From a virus (taxonomy: Duplodnaviria; Heunggongvirae; Uroviricota; Caudoviricetes), in IMG/VR virus record IMGVR_UViG_3300035494_000066: DNA of 64,000 bases, one strand, 5' to 3'. The notes below the pieces were generated by a model, which did no database searches, was not told the DNA's origin, and saw only the letters and a list, made by a program, of their open reading frames with translations. This document shows, piece after piece, positions 1 through 9,193 of the stretch. The translations under genes and the position numbers were made by a program. Positions within the stretch are counted from its first letter, which is position 1; every line of letters begins with the position of its first letter.

Positions 1-131
1 ACTTCTTGCTGCGGAATCGCATATTCCTTACCACCGTCTGTACTAATAGTGTATGCAAACATGTTGTACAATTCTTCTATAGGTACACTACGACCGTCGC
101 TTAAGTAAATCATGCTGTCCCCGGTTACACT
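1..131 (-). mobile_element. Intein N-terminus inserted in the polymerase YGD/TDS motif
   Basis: After YGD the expected TDS is replaced by SVTGDSMIYLSDGRSVPIEELY, a typical intein block A starting with Ser. Confidence 0.85.
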
Positions 132-482
132 GTCGCCGTATATAACTGATTCTCCAACGTGGTCGTATTTTCCAGTAATGAGTTCATTGGTAAATGCGTC
201 CATATGTTTAGCAATACTGCGACCTGTTAGTGTTGTTGATTGTCCGATGCGCTTGTCAAAGAAACGGCAACCTGGATTTAGGATAGCACCATATAAACTG
301 TTCAAGTTGATCTTTTTAACTAGCTGTCGTTTGTCCCAAAATTCGTATTGCTGTTTTACATAACTAGGATTTTTATGTTTGATCTTGCCGTCGACGATTT
401 CTAACTGATTTTCTTCTATAAACCGGTCGAGTTCTTCTCGTGTGCCGCTCTCTAGAATTTGTTCTAATAGTTCAAAGTTCAT
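1..482 (-). CDS. polB: Family B DNA polymerase, C-terminal fragment (runs off the window edge; contains an intein)
   Basis: Not in the ORF track. Manual translation from ATG at 482: MNFELLEQILESG...EFWDKRQLVKKINLNSLYGAILNPGCRFFDKRIGQSTTLTGR...VIYGD|SVTGD. Contains PolB motif B (KxxxNSxYG) and the start of motif C (YGD). Start overlaps the stop of the endonuclease ORF. Confidence 0.93.
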   Translation of the reverse strand, partial: MNFELLEQILESGTREELDRFIEENQLEIVDGKIKHKNPSYVKQQYEFWDKRQLVKKINLNSLYGAILNPGCRFFDKRIGQSTTLTGRSIAKHMDAFTNELITGKYDHVGESVIYGDSVTGDSMIYLSDGRSVPIEELYNMFAYTISTDGGKEYAIPQQE

Positions 483-2169
483 TTAAATTAATCTCATATA
501 CATAATGTCCGCAATCCCATATTCGCCGATACTTGTTGTTGTACATATTTTCTACTTCGGTCATCGCCGGGTCGAATGTGTTTAATAGCTTATGCAATTT
601 GTGCTTCTGAAACGATGTCCGATGCCATATTTGTTGCAGATCAGTATAATAATAGCACGGATCTAGCGTTTTTACTAGTTCAAATCCAGTTGTTTTGTAC
701 ACATGGCCTGTGCTCCAGCGTCTGTTTGCATATGACACAAGGATACCGTTGTGTGTCCGAGCAAAGCGCTTAAGTACTCGAGAAAACCCCCCTACAACAG
801 AATAGTTCCTAAGTGATGCGAACCGAAGTAATTCGTATGTATTTGTTTTATCTTTCCGAAAACGCGACTTACCAAAGCTAGCAACTGCAACAAGCTCGTT
901 GTTGTGTTCTAGTCCTATGTTAACGCTTCCGTACACACCGCCTTGCAAATGATTTTGCTCGAAAAACTTATACGCTATTATATTTGGCACTTGTACAACA
1001 TCGCATGCCCGGGCATACACTACATTACTCGATTGCTTAAGTTTATTAAGGATAACAGATTTCCAGAGGTCTTGCTTATTTTTCCATTCGATGTCTAATA
1101 TATGCAGCAGCTCGATGCCATGTTCGTTGCAGCTGTTAGTCTTATCTACATGCTGCTTTGCATGTTTTTTGTCTGTTTCTAAGGAGTTACTCGAATGCCA
1201 GTATACCCCGTTGTATTCGATGCCTAGTTTGTAGTCGGGCAAATATATATCAACTTCGAAGCCTAGGCCTCGCCAAGAATGCTCGATATTATTAACGCCC
1301 GACGATTTTAAAAATTCGATAATTTCGTATTCGGCTGCTGACTTATTTGTTGTTTTTGCAATTCCGCACTGCGGACAGCCATTGCCATTCAAATGGTAAT
1401 ACGCTATCTGCGTAAATTCACCATGCTTCGGACACACAATAGTTACCGGGCTTCTGCACCCAGCATATTTAGCACAGCTGTAATCGTATTCAGCATCGCA
1501 GTGCACTAACCGGGCAGCGTCGATAAAAGCATCAGGAGTATACCGAAGTTCGTTTAGCTTGGTTTTAGCGCACTCCGGGCATCCGTGTCCATTTTTGTGT
1601 ACGCCGGCATTTTGTACAAACTTGCCGTGCTTAGGGCAAGTAATCGTAACACTAGAAGACAACCCGTTATATTCAACAACAGATGAGTAATCGTAGTACG
1701 AATTGTGTGCTTTAGTTGCAGCATCGACCCAAGCTTGGAAATCGTAACGCGGGTTCCTGCTAGCGTGATAACACTGCTGACAGTTTGCACCTTGCAAAAA
1801 TCTTTTCACAGTAACGATATACTGGCCGTGTTGAGCACATTTAACAGTTATCTCACTTGAGTGCGCAGGATACTTCGGTATGCTAACTATTTCTAACTGA
1901 TGCTTGTTCGCTTTATGAATTTCGTCATGTGTTACTATGTTATTCGTGTTAACATGCTGAGCACACCGAACATCAACGACCGGATTTAAAAAGCGGTTTG
2001 ATATCGTTACTTTTTTACCACAGACACTACATGTCGGGCAAGGATCACCGCGCTTCCATAATTCTATAGCAGCACCCGGACTGTGTACAAGACCGTCTGC
2101 TTTACCATAGAAGCTCATGATATGCTTATATAAACGTTTATAACGCTTTTTAAATTCTGATGCAGTCAT
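472..2169 (-). mobile_element. Free-standing homing endonuclease (DUF723-like CxxH/CxxC zinc-ribbon repeats plus PD-(D/E)xK/Vsr-like domain)
   Basis: Repeated CPKHGxFxQ...GCPxC units; DIYLPDYKLGIEYNGVYWHS nuclease-like motif; sits between the two polymerase halves. Confidence 0.8.
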
Positions 2170-3782
2170 TGTAACAATCGGCTAGGTATTTTAATTCCGG
2201 AGTCGAGTTTATTCCACTGCTTTGCTTTCTTCTGCAGTACTTTACGCTCAGCATACCACCGCTCTAGTAGCCCGGGTATAATCCCAATAATGTCGAATCT
2301 AAAAATAGTTCCGTTTGCACTAATAACCCAGTTTTCGTTTGACCGGAACACTAACTTGTATATCTCAGCACCGGTTAGTTCAGTTGATCCGCCTGATTCC
2401 CAGTCGATAGTAACCGGGTTGCTATTATCGCGGTCCATAACAAACGAATATTCAATTGAACCAAACAGTCCTTCCCATGCTTCTGCAAAGTTACTACCTT
2501 TGGCCATTTTTTCAGTAATAAGTGCGTCTGTGTACGTAGGCCGGAGCTGTCCTACAATTGTTTCCGGAGCCATATTTAAGGCACGGATCGTCGACGGGTA
2601 TAGTGAGTTCAAGTCGATTGAACCAATCCACTGATGCATGCCTACTTTAGGGTGAGCAACGTATGCACCGGCTGCTTGGGTGTCTGACCCGTGGTCTTTT
2701 CTGTTCGGTACTACTAACCCTTTCTCGTGTGCTTCGTTGATAATACCTTGCTCAGTAACAGCTACAGCACCCATTGTAGTCTGCAGAAGCACAGTGTTTG
2801 CATGTGCTAGTTCGTTTGTTAGCGCTAAGAATTTTAATTTTTTGTCTAGCTTACCTAGCAGTGCTACGTCTTGGCGGTTGTAGTCGATAAACGTTTCGAA
2901 GTCGTTCTTGTATAACTGATCTAAGGTGCCATCGTATGCAACTTTACGTTCGCCTAGTTCGTACTCGCCTATTGCATCCAGGCTATACGAGTGCATCTCG
3001 TGATATGTGTACTTACGATACAATTGCATATAGTCAAGGTGCACTCGACCGATAAAGTCGTATGTAACATTCTCTGCGCCGTATCGCTCAAAGTGTCTCT
3101 TTTTAGGCATCTGGTTAAACAAACACCAACGTCGATTAACTTCCTTGCCGGCAATCAGAGTAATTCGATTTACCATATATGGTATATCGTACCCTTCTGA
3201 GTTCCACCCTGAAATAACATCAGCATCGTCAATTAGATCAAGTAATGTATTCATCATTTCTGCTTCTTGATCTTCGCGGAACAGAAATGTGTTTTCAAAC
3301 TTTGAGCATATTAACTGAGCAGTTTCCCAGTCGATCGTCGACGGGGGGATTGCTAATGTGATTAATTGATCAGTCCAGTCTAGGTATACAGTAACAGCAG
3401 TGATTTTATTAAACGGATTGTCAGTCGGAGCAAAGCCTCGTTTTAAGCAAAAGTCCGACTCGATGTCAATAAACGCAGTGTGTAATGTTGGCGAGTTTGC
3501 ATTGAGGTAGTTAGTACTTAAACACTTAAACACTGGATTAATATCCGACTCGTACAGTGTTTTATGCTTGTTTAAACGTATTTCTTTCTGGAATTCGCTG
3601 CCAGACCGGCATCGAACTTTTGTTACAGTATTACCGAATATACTTCTATATTTCCCGCGTGGATCGTCGTAATAAAAAACATATTCTGGGTCAAATTCTT
3701 TAAAAGTCCTAATTCCATCGGACCGCTCGACTACATAGATCTTTTCTGCAGATTTGTCAAAGAATGCATCAACATATGACAT
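2166..3782 (-). CDS. polB: Family B DNA polymerase, N-terminal fragment (3'-5' exonuclease plus motif A)
   Basis: FIDIESD (ExoI), GWNSEGYDIPY (ExoII), YNRQDV (ExoIII), SIDLNSLYPS (motif A); ends in the first fingers helix. Confidence 0.95.
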   Translation of the reverse strand: MSYVDAFFDKSAEKIYVVERSDGIRTFKEFDPEYVFYYDDPRGKYRSIFGNTVTKVRCRSGSEFQKEIRLNKHKTLYESDINPVFKCLSTNYLNANSPTLHTAFIDIESDFCLKRGFAPTDNPFNKITAVTVYLDWTDQLITLAIPPSTIDWETAQLICSKFENTFLFREDQEAEMMNTLLDLIDDADVISGWNSEGYDIPYMVNRITLIAGKEVNRRWCLFNQMPKKRHFERYGAENVTYDFIGRVHLDYMQLYRKYTYHEMHSYSLDAIGEYELGERKVAYDGTLDQLYKNDFETFIDYNRQDVALLGKLDKKLKFLALTNELAHANTVLLQTTMGAVAVTEQGIINEAHEKGLVVPNRKDHGSDTQAAGAYVAHPKVGMHQWIGSIDLNSLYPSTIRALNMAPETIVGQLRPTYTDALITEKMAKGSNFAEAWEGLFGSIEYSFVMDRDNSNPVTIDWESGGSTELTGAEIYKLVFRSNENWVISANGTIFRFDIIGIIPGLLERWYAERKVLQKKAKQWNKLDSGIKIPSRLLQ

Positions 3783-4066
3783 TAATATTTTAGTCCTCGT
3801 CTTTTTCTAAGCCCTACTCGTATTAAGCCGCTGAATGATATTACAAACCAAAATGCTTCGATTATAATACCCGACAAGTTAGGATTATACAGCAGTGATA
3901 TGCCTAATAGGATAGACACTAATAAATTGTTAAAGCTATACCAAAAGCCAGTGGCAGATATTTTACCATGTATGTTAAGGAAGAATGTAGCGATTAGAAT
4001 AGCAACCCCTACATTACCAACAAAGTCTGGCCAGGAATAGGTATAGCTCATGAGCTGATCGAGCAT
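3782..4066 (-). CDS. Small multi-TM membrane protein (CBU_0592-like)
   Basis: Three hydrophobic helices; EAFWFVIS motif. Confidence 0.55.
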   Translation of the reverse strand: MLDQLMSYTYSWPDFVGNVGVAILIATFFLNIHGKISATGFWYSFNNLLVSILLGISLLYNPNLSGIIIEAFWFVISFSGLIRVGLRKRRGLKY

Positions 4067-4088
4067 GAGCTATTTCCTTTATGAAGTG

Positions 4089-4349
4089 TTAGATTTTTCC
4101 AGCTGTTGCTAGGATGTTTTCTAGTACACTGTAATCGTCGCTGTGCTTATGGAAGTCGTCTTTATGCACTGCTTTAATTGCTTTTTTGAGGATTGCTGGC
4201 TTAATTTCCATTTCTTCAGCAATTGCTTTAATGGTTTCGTTTAAGCCTTCGTTTAGGATTTTAATTTCTTCTAGAACATTTGTTCCGTCATTAATAATTT
4301 GGATTAGTTTTTGCTTTTCTGACGGGTTGAAAACTTTATCTGTACTCAT
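4089..4349 (-). CDS. Small coiled-coil protein, possibly T4 DsbA/GapR-like dsDNA-binding protein
   Basis: EEIKILNEGLNETIKAIAEEMEIKPAILKKAIK pattern; directly upstream of the polymerase operon. Confidence 0.5.
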   Translation of the reverse strand: MSTDKVFNPSEKQKLIQIINDGTNVLEEIKILNEGLNETIKAIAEEMEIKPAILKKAIKAVHKDDFHKHSDDYSVLENILATAGKI

Positions 4350-4363
4350 TGAGTGTCCTTTGT

Positions 4364-5347
4364 TTAGAATTTTATTTGTGGAAATACTTCTTGATCTGGT
4401 GCAATAACGTATACTGTATTCGACTTTAGCATGTCAATAACAGCAGATACATCATCAAAGTATAATGTACGACCGCCTGATACGTCAATCAGTAACATAC
4501 CGTCGAATTTACTCATTGCTTTATAGTTCAAATAACTAGCCTTAATGTACATCTTGCGAGCCCGGTTAACATCGCCTGCAACGATTGCATCAACTAAGTC
4601 TGTTGGGTTGTAGAACTTAAAAATATGGCTTAGCGTAGCTGCTGTAACTTTTTTGCGATCTTGTTCTGGCAACTTTCCTATCATGCTAACAAAAGCAGTA
4701 AGGTTGATACGAGCTGGGATATCAACAAAGCCAGCTTGTTCGAGTTCGCGCTTAGCTTGCGGTATATCTAGCTGTGCCTTCCGTCCGTCGTAAAACCGAC
4801 CACCTGAGACTTTGCCGCTAGCACCTTTCTTCTGCGCTTTAACTTCGACATGTACACCGTCGACTTTTAGGTCACCCGGAGCATTTAAGCGGCCACTGTT
4901 TGAGATTTTTGGACTAAGGATACTTAGTGCATACTCACCAGGACCTATGCCCATATCCTGTACAGGCATGAGGGCACTAGCAACTTTTTGTACAAACGGA
5001 GTTGAGTCAAATAGGCTAGAGAAGCTGTTTATTGAGTTTTTCGTTAATAGCTTCTTAGTGTCAACAAAGCCTTTTTCGAAGTCATCGATGAACTGTACCT
5101 TTTCTTGGTATGTTCCGTCGACATCTAGGATTAACCGAGAAAACCGCTGCAACTGCGATTTCGCATCTGGATCTTTACCCAGAGTAGCTGCAATACGATC
5201 GTCGATATGTGTCTGCTGTAATGTTTGGTATAGACGATCTAACAGCTGTCTGTCGTCTTCTGCTTTAACGCGTTTAATAATTAATTGCTTTAGTCGGTCG
5301 TCGTCGATTGTCTCGTCGTACTCGCGAATAATTTGAGATTCTTTCAT
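4364..5347 (-). CDS. Hypothetical protein with a PD-(D/E)xK-like motif
   Basis: GPGEYALS...GDLKVDGVHVEVKA; long clean ORF. Confidence 0.55.
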   Translation of the reverse strand: MKESQIIREYDETIDDDRLKQLIIKRVKAEDDRQLLDRLYQTLQQTHIDDRIAATLGKDPDAKSQLQRFSRLILDVDGTYQEKVQFIDDFEKGFVDTKKLLTKNSINSFSSLFDSTPFVQKVASALMPVQDMGIGPGEYALSILSPKISNSGRLNAPGDLKVDGVHVEVKAQKKGASGKVSGGRFYDGRKAQLDIPQAKRELEQAGFVDIPARINLTAFVSMIGKLPEQDRKKVTAATLSHIFKFYNPTDLVDAIVAGDVNRARKMYIKASYLNYKAMSKFDGMLLIDVSGGRTLYFDDVSAVIDMLKSNTVYVIAPDQEVFPQIKF

Positions 5348-5380
5348 GTTGTCCTCAAACTTACATGTATTTGTATTGTT

Positions 5381-5409
5381 AGAATAACACCAGCATGCTG
5401 GATTGTCAA
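5381..5409 (-). promoter_or_regulatory. sigma70-type promoter
   Basis: TTGACA-17-TATTCT, with a CCAGCATGCTGG palindrome in the spacer. Confidence 0.6.
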
Positions 5410-5423
5410 CGGTGAACTAGTGT

Positions 5424-5762
5424 TCACCGTGTAAAGATATACGTACCAACTGCACCGGTAACTATTGCAGTTGTCATGATCCAGAAAATTCGGTTTATCA
5501 CTCTGATAGTAACTTCGTTCTCCGACACACGCTTTTCTAATTTAGATATAGTTTCTGTTTGTCGCTCGAGCTGTTTATGGATCACTGATCGATCCTCTTC
5601 TAATGCAATAAGCTTTTCTTCAGCTCTAGCCAAAGATATAACTGTTTCTGCTAATTTATCGATTTTTTGTTCTATTCGGTCGAGGCGAGCAGCATCTGCG
5701 GCTAGATGTGCAGAGAATTCTCTATCTATTTGCCGACGCATCATGTCACTAGAATCTGGCAT
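5424..5762 (-). CDS. Coiled-coil protein with C-terminal TM helix (XhlA/holin-like)
   Basis: Heptad pattern followed by IFWIMTTAIVTGAVG; TAAATA at 5785-5790 upstream. Confidence 0.55.
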   Translation of the reverse strand: MPDSSDMMRRQIDREFSAHLAADAARLDRIEQKIDKLAETVISLARAEEKLIALEEDRSVIHKQLERQTETISKLEKRVSENEVTIRVINRIFWIMTTAIVTGAVGTYIFTR

Positions 5763-5803
5763 TTATGTTGCTCCCTTTTTAGAGTATTTATCGTATAAAA
5801 AGC

Positions 5804-5827
5804 AAAAAGGCTGTTCGAAAACAGCCT
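5804..5827 (-). terminator. Rho-independent terminator
   Basis: AGGCTGTT-TTCG-AACAGCCT followed by a T run. Confidence 0.8.
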
Positions 5828-5941
5828 AGCTTTAACATCGAGTGTCTACTACAAGTCTGCACCCTGGGATGTGCAAACTAGAACATTCCGTTGTTGTTTT
5901 ATCGAAGTGTTTGTTGCATATTAAAGCTATCTGTATGCAAC

Positions 5942-6316
5942 TTATTTGGGGGCATACTGATTCCAGATTTTTTTATCTGGATCTAGAGATTTTTGCATTT
6001 GTGTTAGCTTGTTAAGCACTTGTTCGCCGTTTTTATAAACACGGTGATCATCGGACATTTGAAAGTGCCAGTCGTGTGTTTTAAGCAGACGGATGTACTC
6101 GTCTTTGCTAAACTCATTGCGTTGCGGCTGTTTAAATACTGAGTTAATCTTTTGCTGCAAAGAATCAGACTTTACATTAGTCTTAACATATTGCTCTTCT
6201 TCCTCTGGTGTAACATCAACACCAGAGCGCTTCCAATACTTAACCCGATCTCGCCGCGGAGCAAAAGTCCAGCTAGGTTGTTCGTCTGACTCGTTAATAA
6301 ACTCGTAATAGCGCAT
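5942..6316 (-). CDS. Hypothetical protein (probable start MRYYEFINES)
   Basis: Clean ORF in operon; N-terminal INE motif. Confidence 0.65.
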   Translation of the reverse strand: MRYYEFINESDEQPSWTFAPRRDRVKYWKRSGVDVTPEEEEQYVKTNVKSDSLQQKINSVFKQPQRNEFSKDEYIRLLKTHDWHFQMSDDHRVYKNGEQVLNKLTQMQKSLDPDKKIWNQYAPK

Positions 6317-6323
6317 TTGTTTT

Positions 6324-6713
6324 TCAGTTCCGTTTTTTTGGTGCAATAACTATCTGATACACGTCATTTAAATGGTGTTTGATTTCGTTTGCTTGCTCTT
6401 TGCTAATATTTATCTTAGACCGGCTCATTTGCAATACTCGTTGTAAACTACCGAGTACTGACACAATTTTAATTATATCAGATTCGCTAGCAAGCTCTGC
6501 TGAATTACTATCAGCGTTGCTATCGTCAATTGATGATTCGTTTAACCGTGTTAGTATACTAGCCATAGCTCTAATATTTCCGCCAGTGTCCGACATTAGT
6601 TTAGCACTTTGGTTGTACGTATCGCCGAAGTTTGCACTATCGTTTGTGTCGCTGCGGTTCCCGTCGATCTTATTAAGTATGCTAGCCATAGCTTTTATGT
6701 CAGGTGTTGTCAT
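6324..6713 (-). CDS. Hypothetical protein with duplicated IKAMASILxK/R motif
   Basis: IKAMASILNKI and IRAMASILTRL repeats; tightly packed ORF. Confidence 0.65.
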   Translation of the reverse strand: MTTPDIKAMASILNKIDGNRSDTNDSANFGDTYNQSAKLMSDTGGNIRAMASILTRLNESSIDDSNADSNSAELASESDIIKIVSVLGSLQRVLQMSRSKINISKEQANEIKHHLNDVYQIVIAPKKRN

Positions 6714-6987
6714 TGTTGTTATCCTCTAATTGTATATGTACAGTAAAAATATCACTCGAAAAAGAAACAGTGTCGTTGTTGTATTTACACGATATGATAC
6801 CTTTAACATTTCCTGACACTTCGACTAGCTCAATTGTAGCAGTACCACTACCGTAAAAAACAGCGTGTTCTGTTATACTATGACAGAGCGGGAATTCCCG
6901 CTCTGTCATAAGTTGTCCGTCGACATACAATCGATAGACTGAACTTTCTTCTCCAGAAACTGTAACTTGTACTGTATGTGCTGTCAT
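6700..6987 (-). CDS. Hypothetical protein
   Basis: ORF overlapping both neighbours. Confidence 0.6.
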   Translation of the reverse strand: MTAHTVQVTVSGEESSVYRLYVDGQLMTEREFPLCHSITEHAVFYGSGTATIELVEVSGNVKGIISCKYNNDTVSFSSDIFTVHIQLEDNNNDNT

Positions 6988-7166
6988 TCTTTATACGAAT
7001 CAATGTTCCTTATAAGGTTGTGACTTAAGCATCGTTCTTCTTTTTTTGTACTAACTTTTAATTTCTTTCGTTTTGCTAGGAGCTTTCGTTTTTCTGCTTT
7101 GGATATCATATGTCCAAAATCATGCAAATACTGCTTTAATTTTTCTGATCTAGATCTCTTACACAT
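6984..7166 (-). CDS. Small basic hypothetical protein
   Basis: AGGAG SD; overlaps the next gene. Confidence 0.5.
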   Translation of the reverse strand: MCKRSRSEKLKQYLHDFGHMISKAEKRKLLAKRKKLKVSTKKEERCLSHNLIRNIDSYKE

Positions 7167-7189
7167 ACGTACTGCTCCTTACATAGTGT

Positions 7190-9193
7190 TTATTTCATCT
7201 GTGCAACTAAAAAGTAATTGTCGTTAACTTGCGACCGCTCAGCAGCAAGTTCTTTGTAATACTTGTTTAACTGTTTGATTTTTTTCTGCAACGCTTTGCT
7301 CTCGTCGGCTGTTACCTTAGGGTGTTCTGCCCTAGACATTAACATTGCAATTTCGTCTTTAATATTACGTAATTCAAGAGAAGTTTCGTCTTCGTTATTA
7401 ACTACGCTACTAGTATCTTCAGGATGCCATTCTTTATACTTTGTTTCGCTGTTAGTGTCTTTGTATTGGACAAACACGTCAACTTGCGGGTGTTTTGCTA
7501 ACTTAGCCCATATGTGCTGACCGCCTTTAGACTGCTGCGAATCCGATATCAAAGTAATATTGTATTTTTTCATAGCTGCTAAGTAAAGCGGTACGGCCAG
7601 TCCTTTCCCATGGAGTTCTTTAGCTAGCTTAATAGAAGTCATATGCTGCATCCCAGCAGTTCGATACAAATCCATTATACCTAAGAAGTCAAATTCTTCA
7701 GATCCGAACGGCTTGTTGTTACTTACTAACAAGTGGAAGTCTCTACTGTTATCTTTCGCGATGTAGATTTTATATCCTTTGATCGAAAATCCAGCCGGTT
7801 CTGCCTCGTCGAGGTATTCGTCTAGATCGCCCGGGTCAACGCTTGCATGATCTTTTGTATAAAATCGACTTATATCTCTGATTTCGTTTAACGATGCTTC
7901 GTCAAACGAATACACACGTTTCTCAACACTCTTAACCCACTCATCTGACGGCTTTCCTTTGCCGTTATAATATTGTAACACTTTTGAAGGGTTTTTCTTA
8001 CTAACAACAGCCCATACACCATTAACTTGTTTTAAGGTTTCTGATATAGCATGATCGTGCTCTATTGTATCTAACCTGTCGTAGTAATCGGGTAGTTCTG
8101 CTAAGTGATCTAGTGCAATCTCTCGCGCAACGTCACGATCTGATGTGTGCTCGTACTCAACTTCGATGCCGTGCTTTAACTGCTGCTTAATGAATTCAAC
8201 CGAAACACCATGATCTAGTGCGATCTGGTTAACAGTCGGTGTAGGTTTATCTAATGCGGCAATCCGCCCTTCGGTAATTCCTAGGTTAAACATTGTATTA
8301 GGATTGTTCGAATTTCGACGTGCCTTAGGGTGCAACTCTTTGGGCTCGTTTTTGCTATTTACAGTCATTCCTAATTTTTTTGCTTGGCGCTTAGTTTCGC
8401 CGGCTTTGACATCAGCTGTTGTATTAACACCAGGTACTATAATGCCTACACCTTCTGTAACAGCTGTGTTTGGTAGCCTGTACATGTACTCCGATATTTC
8501 GTAGTCCTTATTTCGACCTTTATTTTCAACAAACCCAAATCGCTTATAAAACTTAATTAGGCGGTTTTTATTTCCACCGAAGTCAGCTGAAGGATCTAGT
8601 ACTATAGTGTACCCTTTCTTATCGGCTATAGCAGTAAGCTTATTCATTACACGAGTTCCTTCGCCTGCAGAGCGAGCATCTTTAGGAACAATTATCTTGT
8701 TCAGTGTAATTGTTTTTCGATTGTCGTCTGCGTATATACTCAATTTCGCCGGAGTATCAGGTATATCAACTCGCCCTTCTTGTACACTCTCAACTGGGTA
8801 TTCTTTATTTGGGGTCATGAAGTTTTTCTTTCTCATGACGGTTTTTGCGATCAGGTCTAGATCATTATTTTGGTTATCCCATACTAACACAAACGGCATG
8901 TTAATGTCTGTTTTCATATCTTTCATAACAGCTTGTGCGTCTGGTCCCATTTGAGCTATTGCTTTACCCCATCGTTTGAACTCTTGTTTAAAAAGTCGTG
9001 TAAGTTCAGCTAGAGTTATTTGGCGCTTATTCCTTTCGTCGTTAACACGGTCAAGAAAGTGCCGGGTAAACTCAATATCAATGCCAACCTTAGAGAACAG
9101 ACGGTCGGCATATACTTCTAGTTTGTTTAAATCAGATTGTGTTATAGGAGCTGCACTTGCATCATTTTCACGCAGCCATGACCATTTACTCAT
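7190..9193 (-). CDS. Multidomain protein: RNase-toxin-like domain, two GNAT-like domains and a DUF5661-like domain, joined by xxE linkers
   Basis: IEFTRHFLDRVND; RSAGEGT...LIKFYKRFGF (GNAT); GIEVEYEHT...EIALDHLAELPDYY; HGKGLAVPLY (GNAT-like). Confidence 0.65.
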   Translation of the reverse strand: MSKWSWLRENDASAAPITQSDLNKLEVYADRLFSKVGIDIEFTRHFLDRVNDERNKRQITLAELTRLFKQEFKRWGKAIAQMGPDAQAVMKDMKTDINMPFVLVWDNQNNDLDLIAKTVMRKKNFMTPNKEYPVESVQEGRVDIPDTPAKLSIYADDNRKTITLNKIIVPKDARSAGEGTRVMNKLTAIADKKGYTIVLDPSADFGGNKNRLIKFYKRFGFVENKGRNKDYEISEYMYRLPNTAVTEGVGIIVPGVNTTADVKAGETKRQAKKLGMTVNSKNEPKELHPKARRNSNNPNTMFNLGITEGRIAALDKPTPTVNQIALDHGVSVEFIKQQLKHGIEVEYEHTSDRDVAREIALDHLAELPDYYDRLDTIEHDHAISETLKQVNGVWAVVSKKNPSKVLQYYNGKGKPSDEWVKSVEKRVYSFDEASLNEIRDISRFYTKDHASVDPGDLDEYLDEAEPAGFSIKGYKIYIAKDNSRDFHLLVSNNKPFGSEEFDFLGIMDLYRTAGMQHMTSIKLAKELHGKGLAVPLYLAAMKKYNITLISDSQQSKGGQHIWAKLAKHPQVDVFVQYKDTNSETKYKEWHPEDTSSVVNNEDETSLELRNIKDEIAMLMSRAEHPKVTADESKALQKKIKQLNKYYKELAAERSQVNDNYFLVAQMK

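Noticed and set aside
472-2169. Group I intron or split intein interrupting polB
   Set aside because: The flanking ORFs overlap the endonuclease ORF at both ends, leaving no space for an intron core, and there are no intein motifs at the split junctions.
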